50,998 nucleotides of DNA from Candidatus Nanopelagicales bacterium (GTDB lineage Bacteria; Actinomycetota; Actinomycetes; S36-B12). This document shows, piece by piece, positions 33,222 through 43,383 of this stretch. The DNA is taken from positions 1-50,998 of the forward strand of contig DASYOJ010000193.1 of NCBI GenBank assembly GCA_036007925.1. The letters run 5' to 3'. Under the pieces are notes generated by a model. The model worked only from the letters and a program-made list of their open reading frames with translations. It was not told the origin of the DNA and searched no databases. How positions within the stretch are numbered: the stretch's first letter is position 1; the number at the start of each line of letters is the position of its first letter. A program made the translations under genes and the position numbers.

Positions 33222-34639
33222 CTAAGACTCTCCGGCACCTGCGGAACTCGAACCCAAAAGCTGGTTCCCGGTCCCGGCCCACTGGTAACGGTGGCCGATC
33301 CGCCCATGCCAGAAGCGAGTCGGGCAACCAAAGCCAGGCCCAACCCGGTCCCGACCGGGCGCACCCCGCGGTAGCGCTCGTGGAGAACCCCTGGTTCAAA
33401 GGCGACAGCTAGATCATCGGTGCGAAGCCCTGGCCCCGAGTCGCGGACTTCGATCACCGCATACGGACCGTCAGTGATAGTTGGATCCTGATGCAAGACG
33501 AAAGAAATCTGCGATCCCTCCGGCGACACCCGCAACGCGTTCTCCGCCAGGTTGTCGATGATCTGGCGCAGGCGCCAAGCGTCGCCGCGCACCATCACCG
33601 GCTCCTCAGGCAGCTCGATCTCGAACCTCACCTGCTCGCGGGCGCAACGGTCTTGCCACACGAGGGCCGCTTCGGTCATGACATCGCGGGCATCGACATT
33701 CGCCAGATCGAAATGAAAATCCACCGCTCCCAACCGAGCAAGGTCGAGAAGGTCATGCACCAGGCGGTCGAGTCGTTGCGCCTCGCTCGCCACAATCGAC
33801 CCAACGGCGGGGATCTCCTGCGCGGGCACCATCTCCTCGGAAAGTGCCTCGCCATACCCCTTCACCGCCGTAAGTGGCGTGCGTAGCTCGTGGGAAACGG
33901 ACAGCAAGAAGTCCCGCTGCCGCCCCTCGGAAACCACGAGCGCGGCGCCCAGGGCATTAAGCGCCTCGGCGATGTCGGCCACTTCCGCAGGACCTCTCGG
34001 TTCCAAGGTTCGATCTCGATGGCCTTCGGCCATCTCATGTGCCACCTCACGGGCTGCACGCAATGGTCGCGACAATCGACGAGCCGCGAAGTACGCGATG
34101 ACGACCGCGATGAGCAGGCCGAGCGCCAATGCCGAGATGATCCGGATCAAGAACACGCCCGTGGCTTCCCCCGCAACGGTCAAGGGTTGCACCAACACGA
34201 CGCCCTTGTTACCGCTGATTGGGCGTCCTTCGATCAAAACTGCTTCGCCGGCTTCGCCTTCTCCTGTGGTGGATAAGAGGTCCCCGGCCGCCAAACTGTC
34301 AAGATCTTGTTCACTGATCTCCGGTGGCAGTGCGAGATCAGCAGAGACGAAGTACCCCGTGACCTGTTCGCGCCGTAAGACCTCTCGAAGCGGGCGCGGC
34401 AACGTCCCCCCGGATCCTCGAAGTTCACCGCGTTCGACGTAGGTAGCTGTTAGATCGGCCAACGTGGCTAGTGAGCCGCGAGCTTCGGTCTCGGCTGCGG
34501 CGCGAACGAAAGGGGCCGCGGCCGCACCGGCAACCAACACGGCGATAGCCGCGATCGCCGACGCTAGGAGCACCGTCTGCGTGACGATGCCGCTTTGGAA
34601 TCCGCGCTTGCGATGCGTTCCTATCCGATGGCCGCTCAT
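33218..34639 (-). CDS. sensor histidine kinase (2 TM helices, ~115-aa extracytoplasmic loop, HAMP, HisKA, HATPase_c)
   Basis: H-box LSVSHELRTPLTAVKGYGEAL, N-box IIDNLAENALR, G-boxes VRDSGPGL and GTGLGLALV. TM helices at about aa 19-44 and 160-186. ATGA overlap with the response-regulator stop. Confidence 0.93.
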   Translation of the reverse strand: MSGHRIGTHRKRGFQSGIVTQTVLLASAIAAIAVLVAGAAAAPFVRAAAETEARGSLATLADLTATYVERGELRGSGGTLPRPLREVLRREQVTGYFVSADLALPPEISEQDLDSLAAGDLLSTTGEGEAGEAVLIEGRPISGNKGVVLVQPLTVAGEATGVFLIRIISALALGLLIAVVIAYFAARRLSRPLRAAREVAHEMAEGHRDRTLEPRGPAEVADIAEALNALGAALVVSEGRQRDFLLSVSHELRTPLTAVKGYGEALSEEMVPAQEIPAVGSIVASEAQRLDRLVHDLLDLARLGAVDFHFDLANVDARDVMTEAALVWQDRCAREQVRFEIELPEEPVMVRGDAWRLRQIIDNLAENALRVSPEGSQISFVLHQDPTITDGPYAVIEVRDSGPGLRTDDLAVAFEPGVLHERYRGVRPVGTGLGLALVARLASGMGGSATVTSGPGPGTSFWVRVPQVPESLR

Positions 34640-35322
34640 TTGCTCTCCGTGCGGGCCGCGTAGCCGACCCCACGCACCGTGCGAATAGGGCTGTCGTCGC
34701 CAAGCTTTGCTCGCAACTGCGCAACGTGCACGTCTACTGTCCGGGTGCCTACTGCCGAGGCGTAGCCCCAGACCTCCGCCAGCAACTGGTCGCGGCTCAG
34801 TACATGACCGGGTTCGCTCATTAAACGAGACAACAAATCGAATTCGGTCGCTGTCAGTGTGACTTCCGCATCGGACACGAAGGCGCGTCGTTGAATTGTG
34901 TCCAAGCGCACTCGCCCACTGACAAGCGGTTCACCGTCTGATCGCGTTAGCCCGGCGCGACGGACGAGCGATTTGACGCGGGCAACCACCTCACGGGGAC
35001 TAAAAGGTTTGGTGACGTAATCATCCGCCCCCATCTCCAAACCCAAAATTCGGTCCACTTCGTCATCGCGCGCGGTACAAAAGACGATCGGTACCCAATT
35101 GCCTTCCTCACGAAGTTGCCGACAGACCTCAGTGCCATCCATGCCTGGAAGTCCGACATCGAGCACGACCGCCGAAGGGTGCTTGGTGCGTGCGGCGCTC
35201 AGCCCCGAGGGGCCATCGAACTCGGCATGAACGCCGAAGCCTTCGCGTTGCAGGTACAAACGCAGGAGGTCCGAAATAGGTTTCTCGTCCTCGACGATCA
35301 GGACCAGCCCGCGTTCGGTCAC
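34636..35322 (-). CDS. OmpR/PhoB-family response regulator
   Basis: Receiver domain LVLIVEDEKPI...VVLDVGLPGMDG...DDYVTKPFSPRE, followed by a winged-helix output domain LTATEFDLLSRL...RTVDVHVAQLRAKL...IRTVRGVGY. Start trimmed to GTG 35322, which forms a GTGA overlap with the upstream small-ORF stop. Confidence 0.93.
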   Translation of the reverse strand: MTERGLVLIVEDEKPISDLLRLYLQREGFGVHAEFDGPSGLSAARTKHPSAVVLDVGLPGMDGTEVCRQLREEGNWVPIVFCTARDDEVDRILGLEMGADDYVTKPFSPREVVARVKSLVRRAGLTRSDGEPLVSGRVRLDTIQRRAFVSDAEVTLTATEFDLLSRLMSEPGHVLSRDQLLAEVWGYASAVGTRTVDVHVAQLRAKLGDDSPIRTVRGVGYAARTESK

Positions 35323-35558
35323 CGATTCAGTGTGTCCGAGGGAGGAACTGGGGCTTTTTGACCTAAGCCCATTGCCTGCATGACCTTGCCGACAACACCG
35401 CCGACGACCACGAGACCCACGCCCACCCAAAACATCGGCCAGTTCCCCAACACCACGGCCAGCGTGCCCACGGCAAAGGCAATCGTGACGATGACGACGG
35501 CAGCCCAGGCCGCGGGGGTCGAGCCGTGGTCGTCGTGTTCAGAAGTCTCAGTAGACAT
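35319..35558 (-). CDS. small two-helix membrane protein with HGxxPAAW motif
   Basis: 79-aa ORF from ATG 35558 (TTG 35570 is also possible). It carries HGSTPAAW followed by two hydrophobic helices. It occupies the position of a small membrane ORF in other actinobacterial trp clusters. Confidence 0.7.
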   Translation of the reverse strand: MSTETSEHDDHGSTPAAWAAVVIVTIAFAVGTLAVVLGNWPMFWVGVGLVVVGGVVGKVMQAMGLGQKAPVPPSDTLNR

Positions 35559-35576
35559 TCCCCTATCCAATCACTT

Positions 35577-36200
35577 TCACCTGAGGCTAGGCCCATCGCC
35601 AGGCTGGGAACTGCCGGAGGATTCATCGGGTTCGACCGTGGGGTCCAAGCCCTCATCGAGGGCTTCCCAAGCATCGCGGGGCTGACGGGTACGCCGCTCG
35701 TAGGACCGTCCCAGGGCAGGCCACCGCGGCCCGCGGACGAGGACCAATATCCCAGCTGCGATTCCCACACCGGCCGCCACGAGCGCCGCGATCGGGCCCA
35801 GGACGTCCGTAGTGACCTCGCGAGCGTTGGCCGGCGCGAAGGACGCAATGCCGTCGAGAACGAACGCCGAGAAGATGGCGAACAGCTCAAGAGCTGCAAC
35901 GCAGGCGATGAAGGCACCGGCGATCCGACGACCCCAGCCTCGCGATCCGACGACGGCAGCTATCCCGGCAAGCATCAAGACCGGCAGAGCCGCCGTAACC
36001 GGCACGAGACTCGATCCACTGGTCGACACCACGTTCTGCGCCGCCGCAAAGGCCGGGTCGGATTCCTCACCGACTCCCAGGAGCGATTCGGTAACTGTCA
36101 ACCACGGCCGAGACAACGCCCACCACGATGCGAGCGCCGCAAACGCCAGCAAAACGGTGGCAAGCAGGTACTCACGCCGCTCCCGACCATCGGAACTCAC
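35577..36200 (-). CDS. Trp-biosynthesis-associated membrane protein (TIGR02234-like)
   Basis: About 4 TM helices and an acidic/Ser-rich tail. Start set at GTG 36200, which forms a GTGA overlap with the trpE stop. Assignment rests on conserved position after trpE and on topology, not on catalytic motifs. Confidence 0.7.
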   Translation of the reverse strand: MSSDGRERREYLLATVLLAFAALASWWALSRPWLTVTESLLGVGEESDPAFAAAQNVVSTSGSSLVPVTAALPVLMLAGIAAVVGSRGWGRRIAGAFIACVAALELFAIFSAFVLDGIASFAPANAREVTTDVLGPIAALVAAGVGIAAGILVLVRGPRWPALGRSYERRTRQPRDAWEALDEGLDPTVEPDESSGSSQPGDGPSLR

Positions 36201-37774
36201 GTATCCCGCTCTCCAACCGGTTCTGCGTCCGACTCGACGATCCCATTCGCCATGGCAACGGCCCGCAGCAGCGCACCGGCCTTGTTGGCACACTCCGCGG
36301 CCTCAGCATCCGGGTCGGAATCGGCCACGATGCCCGCACCTGCTTGAACATGCGCTGTACCGGCCTGAAGTACGGCCGTTCGGATTGCGATCGCGACATC
36401 CACATTTCCCGAGAAGTCGACATAGCCGACGACTCCCCCGTATAACCCTCGACGTGTGGGTTCAAGCTCATCGATGATCTCCATCGCGCGCACTTTTGGT
36501 GCACCACTGAGAGTCCCAGCGGGAAATGTGGCACGTAGCGCATCCAGTGCAGACGCGCCGTCACGCAAGTCACCCACGACCGTCGAGACGATATGCATGA
36601 CATGCGAATACTTTTCAATTTCCATGAACTCGGTGACACCGACTGTCCCGGGTTCACATACCCGGCCAAGATCGTTGCGTGCCAAGTCCACGAGCATCAC
36701 GTGCTCGGAGCGCTCCTTCTCATCTGCCAATAACTCTGTGGCAAGTGCCTGGTCGGAAAGCGGGTCGTCGCCACGCGGCCGCGTGCCTGCAATCGGATGC
36801 ACCGTGCACTTTCGGTCCTGAACGGTGACCAATGCTTCGGGAGATGACCCCACGATTTCGAACGCGGCTTCCTCCGAGAGAACCTCGCTTGTCTGCCCGG
36901 TGTTGATAGGGATCCGAATCAGGTACATGTACGGGCTGGGATTAGAAGAGCGCAAGACCCGATAGACGTCCAAGCCTTCGGCCTTGACCGGCATCGAATA
37001 GCGCTGCGACAGCACGATCTGGAAAGCATCACCTGCGGTGATGTAGTCCTTCGCGATCTCGACGCCACGCAGGTAATCGTCTTCTCGGGTATGGGACTCG
37101 AACTCCAGATCACCGGCAGTTGGGACCCGCACAACTGAAGACGAAGGTGCCAACGCTAGTTCCGACTCCATCCGATCCAACCGGGAACAAGCCTCGCGCC
37201 ACGCTTCGTCAATGCGCTCGTCACTGGCGTCGTAATTGATGGCGTTGGCGATCAGGGTGACCGTGCCACGAAAGTGATCCAGGACCGCGATGTCGGTTGC
37301 CAGCAAGAAGGCCATCTCCGGAATGTCGACGACCGGTGGGTTTGCATCCGGCAACCGCTCGAAGTGCCGGACGCAGTCATAGGACAAGTACCCGATGAAT
37401 CCACTTGTCAAGCGAGGACCAACACTCGTCGCCGCGTGCGGCGTATGAAGCATTCGTGCTGATTCGCCAAGCACGTCCCACGCCGATCCCTCGTTCGGCA
37501 GACCCGCAGGGACCCGACCCTCCCAGTGTGCGTGTCCGTCCACCTCGGTGAGCATGGCTGCCGAGCGAACACCGACGAAGGAATATCGAGACCAGGATCG
37601 GCCGGCCTCGGCCGATTCCAGCAGGAAGGTCCCAGCACGTTTTCCACACAGTGCCTCGAACAACCCAACGGGAGTCACGCCATCGGCGAGCAAAGTCCTC
37701 GACACCGGTATCACGCGGTCTCGCTTTGCCAGACCTCGAAAACTTGCTAGATCGGGGCTGGTCTCACCGTCCAC
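36197..37774 (-). CDS. trpE: anthranilate synthase component I
   Basis: LESAE...SRYSF, GTLSGAPKVRAMEIIDELE and GLYGGVVGYVDF motifs. Start ambiguous: GTG 37774 gives an 11-nt overlap with hisI, GTG 37810 a 47-nt overlap. Confidence 0.94.
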   Translation of the reverse strand: MDGETSPDLASFRGLAKRDRVIPVSRTLLADGVTPVGLFEALCGKRAGTFLLESAEAGRSWSRYSFVGVRSAAMLTEVDGHAHWEGRVPAGLPNEGSAWDVLGESARMLHTPHAATSVGPRLTSGFIGYLSYDCVRHFERLPDANPPVVDIPEMAFLLATDIAVLDHFRGTVTLIANAINYDASDERIDEAWREACSRLDRMESELALAPSSSVVRVPTAGDLEFESHTREDDYLRGVEIAKDYITAGDAFQIVLSQRYSMPVKAEGLDVYRVLRSSNPSPYMYLIRIPINTGQTSEVLSEEAAFEIVGSSPEALVTVQDRKCTVHPIAGTRPRGDDPLSDQALATELLADEKERSEHVMLVDLARNDLGRVCEPGTVGVTEFMEIEKYSHVMHIVSTVVGDLRDGASALDALRATFPAGTLSGAPKVRAMEIIDELEPTRRGLYGGVVGYVDFSGNVDVAIAIRTAVLQAGTAHVQAGAGIVADSDPDAEAAECANKAGALLRAVAMANGIVESDAEPVGERDT

Positions 37775-38126
37775 CAGTTTCTCCTTCGACCTCGAAGCAA
37801 CTGAAGGCACCCGTATGGCACGCGACTCCGTCCTGATCGACGATCACAAGCACGGTGTCCCCATCGCAATCGAGGTGTAGCTCGCGTACCTCCTGGGTGT
37901 TCCCCGATGTCTCACCCTTGACCCACTGACGACCACGACTGCGTGAGAAATAGGTGCCTCGGCGCGTTTGGAAGGTCTGCCGAAAGGCGTTCTCATCCAT
38001 CCACGCCATCATCAAAACTCGACCGGTATCCCACTGCTGGACAATCGCTGGAACGAGGCCGGCGTCGTTGAAACTAATCCGGGAGATGACCGAATCAAGC
38101 GGTTCATTCAGCAACCCGCTAGCCAC
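37764..38126 (-). CDS. hisI: phosphoribosyl-AMP cyclohydrolase
   Basis: 120 aa with [37 protein letters not shown] and LDCDGDTVL motifs. There is no fused HisE domain. Confidence 0.93.
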   Translation of the reverse strand: MASGLLNEPLDSVISRISFNDAGLVPAIVQQWDTGRVLMMAWMDENAFRQTFQTRRGTYFSRSRGRQWVKGETSGNTQEVRELHLDCDGDTVLVIVDQDGVACHTGAFSCFEVEGETGGR

Positions 38127-38913
38127 CGGACATCACCTCCGAATTGCGAACCGGGTAACCCGACCTCAACAGGGCTTGCTTTGCCTCATCGATCGTGAGC
38201 TCACCGAAGTGGAAAACGCTAGCGGCGAGAACCGCGTCGGCTCCGGCCTGCACTGCACGGGGGAAGTCCTCGGCCCGTCCGGCACCACCGCTGGCGATCA
38301 CCGGTACATCGACCGCCGCTCGCACTCGTTCGATTAACTCGGTGTCGAACCCAGAGGTCGTGCCGTCGGCGTCCATGGAATTGAGCAGGATCTCTCCTGC
38401 ACCCCTGTTAACTCCCTCGAGCGCCCACGTGATGGCATCGATTCCTGTCCCGCGCCTACCGCCGTGGGTCGTGACTTCGAATCCGCTTACCGTCGAGGTG
38501 CCCTCCTGGCAGCGGCGGGCATCGACACTGAGCACTACGCACTGTGCGCCAAACCGCTTACCGGCATCGGTCAGCAGTTGCGGATCGGCGATGGCGGCGG
38601 TGTTCAAACTCACCTTGTCTGCACCAGATCGCAGCAGCCGATCGAAGTCCTCGACGCTGCGCACTCCCCCACCGACGGTCAGCGGGATAAACACCGTTTC
38701 CGCCGTACGACGCACGATCTCGTACGTGGTCTCCCGATCACCAGACGAAGCGGTGATGTCTAGGAAGACGAGTTCATCGGCGCCCTGGGAGTCATATCGC
38801 GCGGCCAACTCGACGGGGTCTCCGGCATCGCGCAGACCCTCGAAATTGACCCCTTTCACCACGCGCCCGGCATCAACGTCCAGGCACGGGATGACTCGGA
38901 TAGCCAGTGTCAT
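38119..38913 (-). CDS. hisF: imidazole glycerol phosphate synthase cyclase subunit
   Basis: [30 protein letters not shown] and VIASGGAG motifs. Start trimmed to ATG 38913. Confidence 0.95.
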   Translation of the reverse strand: MTLAIRVIPCLDVDAGRVVKGVNFEGLRDAGDPVELAARYDSQGADELVFLDITASSGDRETTYEIVRRTAETVFIPLTVGGGVRSVEDFDRLLRSGADKVSLNTAAIADPQLLTDAGKRFGAQCVVLSVDARRCQEGTSTVSGFEVTTHGGRRGTGIDAITWALEGVNRGAGEILLNSMDADGTTSGFDTELIERVRAAVDVPVIASGGAGRAEDFPRAVQAGADAVLAASVFHFGELTIDEAKQALLRSGYPVRNSEVMSGG

Positions 38914-38920
38914 GAGCGAG

Positions 38921-39697
38921 TCATGGTCGCGGTGGACCCCACTCGTACGGGTCATAGCGAGCCTCGATTGCGGCGATGGCTTCGGCCAACGTGAAGGCCC
39001 CGTCGTAGAGAGCCCGTCCGATGATGGCGCCTTCGATTCCTTCGGATGTCATGTCGGCGAGCTTGTGCAGATCTTCTAGGTGCGAAATGCCCCCGGATGC
39101 CACGACCGGTGCCTTGGTCACCTTGCAGACCTCGTGCAGAAGGTGGAAGTTCGGTCCCTTCATGGTCCCGTCCTTATGCACATCGGTTATCACGTAACGA
39201 GCGCAGCCGGCAGCATCGAGCCGCCCGAGGGTCTCCCACAGATCGCCACCTTCGGTGGTCCACCCACGTGCGGCGAGGGTGTGGTGCTTGACATCCAAGC
39301 CAACCGCGATGCGATCGCCGTGCTCACCGATGACCCGCTCCGTCCATTCAGGATCCTCCAGCGCGGCCGTGCCGAGATTGACTCGGGTAGCGCCGGTATC
39401 CAGTGCGGCCTTGAGGGTCTCGTCGGTGCGGATCCCTCCGGACAGCTCAATACGAACCTGATCGCGAAGTGAATGCACCACCTCGCGGATGATGTGCGCG
39501 TTGCTGCCGCGACCGAACGCCGCGTCTAGATCCACGAGGTGGATCCACGTCGCACCCTGTTGGACCCAGGAGCGTGCAGCGTCTAGCGGCTTGCCGTAGA
39601 CGGTTTCAGATCCGGCCTTGCCTTGAACAAGACGGACGGCCTGTCCATCTGCGACATCGACAGCGGGCAGCAGTTCCAAGGGCTGTGGTTTGCTCAC
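38921..39697 (-). CDS. hisA: bifunctional HisA/TrpF isomerase (actinobacterial PriA type)
   Basis: [29 protein letters not shown] and [16 protein letters not shown] closely resemble what I remember of M. tuberculosis PriA. No trpF is present in the trp cluster. Confidence 0.9.
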   Translation of the reverse strand: MSKPQPLELLPAVDVADGQAVRLVQGKAGSETVYGKPLDAARSWVQQGATWIHLVDLDAAFGRGSNAHIIREVVHSLRDQVRIELSGGIRTDETLKAALDTGATRVNLGTAALEDPEWTERVIGEHGDRIAVGLDVKHHTLAARGWTTEGGDLWETLGRLDAAGCARYVITDVHKDGTMKGPNFHLLHEVCKVTKAPVVASGGISHLEDLHKLADMTSEGIEGAIIGRALYDGAFTLAEAIAAIEARYDPYEWGPPRP

Positions 39698-39707
39698 GCG
39701 AGGCAGC

Positions 39708-40349
39708 CTAGGCGAGGCTTCGTACCCAGTTGCGCAGGAGTACTGAGCCCGCTTCGCCGGACTTCTCCGGGTGGAACTGGGTAGCGACGAGCGGGCCGTT
39801 CTCGACTGCGGCGATGAATCGTCCGCCGTAATCCCCCCAGCTCACCAGCGGCGGTCGCTGCACGCTGGAGATCTGCGGACTCCACGCCCACGACAGCACA
39901 CCGTAGGAGTGCACGAAATAGAAGCGTTCGCCTTCTACTCCGCGAAACAGCGATGACCCGTCAGCCACCTCTACGGTGTCCCATCCCATGTGTGGCAAAA
40001 CCGGTGCGTGCAACCGCTCGACCACACCGGGCCACTGATCCAAACCGGACGTGGTCTCACCATGCTCCACTCCTGAGGAGAAGAGCGCCTGCATGCCAAC
40101 ACAGATACCCAACACCGCTCGCCCACCGGCTAACCGCCGTTCGATGATGGATGCCCCACCTACATCGTCGATGCCGCGCATGCACGCCGCAAAAGCCCCC
40201 ACACCCGGCACCACAAGGCCATCGCATTCCATGGCGCGATCGCGATCGGCAGTTACCTCAACCTGCGCACCAACTCTTTCGAGAGCACGCTGGGCAGACC
40301 GAAGGTTTCCACTTCCATAATCAAGAACGACGACGCCTGGAGCACTCAT
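39708..40349 (-). CDS. hisH: imidazole glycerol phosphate synthase glutamine amidotransferase subunit
   Basis: [23 protein letters not shown] (catalytic Cys) and TQFHPEKSG motifs. Confidence 0.95.
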   Translation of the reverse strand: MSAPGVVVLDYGSGNLRSAQRALERVGAQVEVTADRDRAMECDGLVVPGVGAFAACMRGIDDVGGASIIERRLAGGRAVLGICVGMQALFSSGVEHGETTSGLDQWPGVVERLHAPVLPHMGWDTVEVADGSSLFRGVEGERFYFVHSYGVLSWAWSPQISSVQRPPLVSWGDYGGRFIAAVENGPLVATQFHPEKSGEAGSVLLRNWVRSLA

Positions 40350-40350
40350 C

Positions 40351-40947
40351 TCACGAGGCAGTCAAGGTTCCCTTGGTGGAGGGCACCCCCACGACCCGGG
40401 AATCTTGGGCTACCGCATCGCGCAACGAACGAGCGACCGACTTGAATTGCGCCTCGACCACATGGTGGGCATTGCGACCACTGAGTACCCGCACATGCAG
40501 TGTGATCTGACTGGTGGCGACGAGCGATTCCCAAATGTGCCGGGTCAAGGTGGTGTCGTAGGAGCCGATCAACTCCACGAGTTCGGGCTCCTCGTGCACC
40601 AGATACGGGCGACCCGAAAGGTCGACAGCCGATTGCACGAGGCACTCATCGAGCGGTACGAGCGCATCGCCGTAGCGGCGCAGGCCAGCGCGGTCGCCCA
40701 ATGCCTCGTTCAGGGCCTGCCCGAGGGCTAGCGAGGTGTCCTCCACCGTGTGGTGGGCGTCGACCTCAAGGTCACCTTTGGTGCGCACGGTCAGATCCAG
40801 CCCTCCGTGCTTGGCCAACTGGGCGAGCATGTGATCGAAGAACGGCACACCTGTCTCGATGGAACTGCCGCCCGTGCCATCGAGCTCGAGTTCAACCAGG
40901 ACGTCGCTTTCTTTGGTGGCGCGCTCAATACGCGCAGCCCTACCCAT
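40351..40947 (-). CDS. hisB: imidazoleglycerol-phosphate dehydratase
   Basis: [14 protein letters not shown] and [13 protein letters not shown] metal-binding motifs. 198 aa, with no phosphatase domain. Confidence 0.95.
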   Translation of the reverse strand: MGRAARIERATKESDVLVELELDGTGGSSIETGVPFFDHMLAQLAKHGGLDLTVRTKGDLEVDAHHTVEDTSLALGQALNEALGDRAGLRRYGDALVPLDECLVQSAVDLSGRPYLVHEEPELVELIGSYDTTLTRHIWESLVATSQITLHVRVLSGRNAHHVVEAQFKSVARSLRDAVAQDSRVVGVPSTKGTLTAS

Positions 40948-42067
40948 TGACCATCACTGCTCCTTGACCGAGATCCGCCAACACTTCATCGAGTGCAGCC
41001 ATAAACCTAGCGTTCTCCTCCGGAGTGCCTACCGACACCCGCAGCCAACCCGGCGGGCCGGTTTCGCGGATGAGAACACCCCGATCCACCAACTCCTGCC
41101 ACACCTCATGTCGATCCGAGAAGACTCCGAACAGGCAGAAGTTGGCATCACTGGGCGCCACCTGCAGACCACGATCGGCAAGCTCGATGATGAGTTTGTC
41201 CCTTTCGCGGCGCAGGACCTGCAGGCCTGACTGCAGTTCTTGCGCATGGGCAAGGGCGACTCGAGCGACCGTTTGGGAAATGGCCGACAGGTGGTAAGGC
41301 AGCCGGACGATGCGCAAAGCGTCGATGATTGCCGGATCCGCTGCCGCATAGCCCAGGCGCGCCCCAGCCATGGCGAAGGCCTTGCTCATCGTCCGGGTAA
41401 CGATCACGTTCGGATGATCAGCAAGTAGTTCCAGGGCGCTGGGTTTATCGGCAGGCCGGAACTCGGCGTAGGCCTCATCGACGACGAGCAGACCGCCGAC
41501 AGCCCGCACCGACAAAGCCAGTCGAGCCAGATCGGCGATAGCGATCGCCGTGCCGGTCGGGTTGTTCGGTGCAGCAACGAGAACGAGACTCGGTTTGGTT
41601 GCCTCGATCGTCGCGATGGCACGGTCCATGTCCACGGAGAAGTTCGTCGCGCGCGGTACCTCGACGAGATCGGTGAAGGATTCGCGGGCGTACTCGGGGT
41701 ACATCGAATATGTCGGCGGGAAGGACACCGCGCAGCGACCTGGGCCACCAAAAGCAGCCATCACGTGGGCCATGACCTCGTTGGATCCATTAGCGGCCCA
41801 GATCCCCTCCGCTGTCACCCGCACACCGGATTCGCGTACCAAATAGTCCGCCAGATCCGCCCGCAACAGCGGGAAGTCCCGGTCGGGATAGCGATTCATC
41901 TCCCGCACGGCCTCTTCAACACTGCGGGCGACTTCGCGGGCGAGTTCGACCGAAGGAGGGAAGGGATTCTCGTTGACGTTCAAACGGATCTCGACGCCTA
42001 GCTGCGGGGCTCCGTAGGGGGCGATACCGGCCAGATCGTCACGAACCGGCGGGCGATAGACCGGCAC
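40940..42067 (-). CDS. hisC: histidinol-phosphate aminotransferase
   Basis: [10 protein letters not shown] and [15 protein letters not shown] (PLP Lys) motifs. 8-nt overlap with the hisB start. Confidence 0.94.
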   Translation of the reverse strand: MPVYRPPVRDDLAGIAPYGAPQLGVEIRLNVNENPFPPSVELAREVARSVEEAVREMNRYPDRDFPLLRADLADYLVRESGVRVTAEGIWAANGSNEVMAHVMAAFGGPGRCAVSFPPTYSMYPEYARESFTDLVEVPRATNFSVDMDRAIATIEATKPSLVLVAAPNNPTGTAIAIADLARLALSVRAVGGLLVVDEAYAEFRPADKPSALELLADHPNVIVTRTMSKAFAMAGARLGYAAADPAIIDALRIVRLPYHLSAISQTVARVALAHAQELQSGLQVLRRERDKLIIELADRGLQVAPSDANFCLFGVFSDRHEVWQELVDRGVLIRETGPPGWLRVSVGTPEENARFMAALDEVLADLGQGAVMVNG

Positions 42068-42069
42068 CG

Positions 42070-43383
42070 CTACTCAGGCTCGCGTAGTCGCACGGTGATG
42101 GCGTCACCATGACCAGGGAGGTCCTCCGCCTGGGCCAGCGCAACAACATGTTCTGCAACGTCGGCAAGCGCGGTGTGGTCGTAGTCGATCACGTGAATGC
42201 CACGTAGGAAGGATTGGACGGACAAGCCCGAGGAGTGCCGCGCTGCTCCCATCGTGGGCAGCACGTGGTTGGAGCCAGCGCAGTAGTCGCCGAGTGAGAC
42301 CGGCGCCCACGGTCCCACGAAAATGGCACCAGCATTTCGCACCTGCATAGCGACATCCCGGGCCTCCCGAGTGTGAATCTCCAGGTGCTCAGCGGCGTAT
42401 GCATCCACGACCTGGAGTCCTTGCTGGATGTCGCGCACGATGATCACGGCGCTTTGAATACCGGTGAGCGCCTCGGTGATTCGTTCAGTGTGCTTAGTGC
42501 CCGCAACCTGCACGCGCACTTCATCGAGGACAGCATGCGCAAGTTGCTCACTTGTCGTGACCAAAACGGCGGCAGCGATGACATCGTGCTCGGCCTGACT
42601 AATCAGATCCGCGGCGACGTAACGAGGATCGGCGGTGTCGTCTGCCAGGATTGCGACTTCGGTCGGCCCGGCCTCGGAATCGATGCCGATGATTCCCTGG
42701 AGCGCGCGCTTGGCGGCGGTCACGTAAATATTTCCTGGACCGGTGACCAGATCGACAGGATCGCAACGCGAGCCGTCGGCCAACTCCACGCCGTAGGCGA
42801 GCATCGCGACAGCTTGCGCGCCACCTACCGCGTATATCTCCTCCACACCCAGTAATGCGCACGCGGCCAAGACAGTGGGATGCGGCCAACCATCGAAATC
42901 CCGCTGCGGCGGACTCACGACCGCAAGCGAAGGAACCCCTGCCTCCTGAGCGGGGACCACGTTCATGACGACGCTGCTGGGGTACACGGCACGGCCGCCG
43001 GGGACGTACAACCCCACTCGTGCCACGGGTAACCAGCGTTCAGTTACCGACCCCCCGGGGACAACCTCGGTGATGACGTCGACTCGCCGCTGATCGGCGT
43101 GCACCTTCCGTGCCCGCTCGATAGCCACCTCCAAAGCGGCGCGCACGGCGGGGTCGAGCCCGCGGACGGCTTCATCGATAACACCACTGGGCACCCGCAA
43201 GGAGCTCGGACGCACTCCGTCGAATCGCTCGCTGGCTTCGAGGACCGCTACCGCCCCTCGATCGCGGACATCATCGAGAACGGGTTGGATGGCCGCGCCT
43301 GCATCGGCAAGGTCCATAGCCGCCCGCGGCACCTGTGTGCGGGGGTCAGCGGCCGAATCCCGCACGTCGATAAGACGAAGCAC
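42070..43383 (-). CDS. hisD: histidinol dehydrogenase
   Basis: [21 protein letters not shown] and [11 protein letters not shown] motifs. GTG start at 43383. Confidence 0.96.
   Translation of the reverse strand: MLRLIDVRDSAADPRTQVPRAAMDLADAGAAIQPVLDDVRDRGAVAVLEASERFDGVRPSSLRVPSGVIDEAVRGLDPAVRAALEVAIERARKVHADQRRVDVITEVVPGGSVTERWLPVARVGLYVPGGRAVYPSSVVMNVVPAQEAGVPSLAVVSPPQRDFDGWPHPTVLAACALLGVEEIYAVGGAQAVAMLAYGVELADGSRCDPVDLVTGPGNIYVTAAKRALQGIIGIDSEAGPTEVAILADDTADPRYVAADLISQAEHDVIAAAVLVTTSEQLAHAVLDEVRVQVAGTKHTERITEALTGIQSAVIIVRDIQQGLQVVDAYAAEHLEIHTREARDVAMQVRNAGAIFVGPWAPVSLGDYCAGSNHVLPTMGAARHSSGLSVQSFLRGIHVIDYDHTALADVAEHVVALAQAEDLPGHGDAITVRLREPE

Noticed and set aside
35363-35917. A 184-aa minus-strand ORF in an alternative frame across the Trp-associated membrane protein and the HGxxPAAW gene.
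   Set aside because: Its translation is Ser/Arg/Pro/Trp-rich and has no hydrophobic helices. The two annotated frames give clean TM-helix proteins and coupled start/stop junctions.
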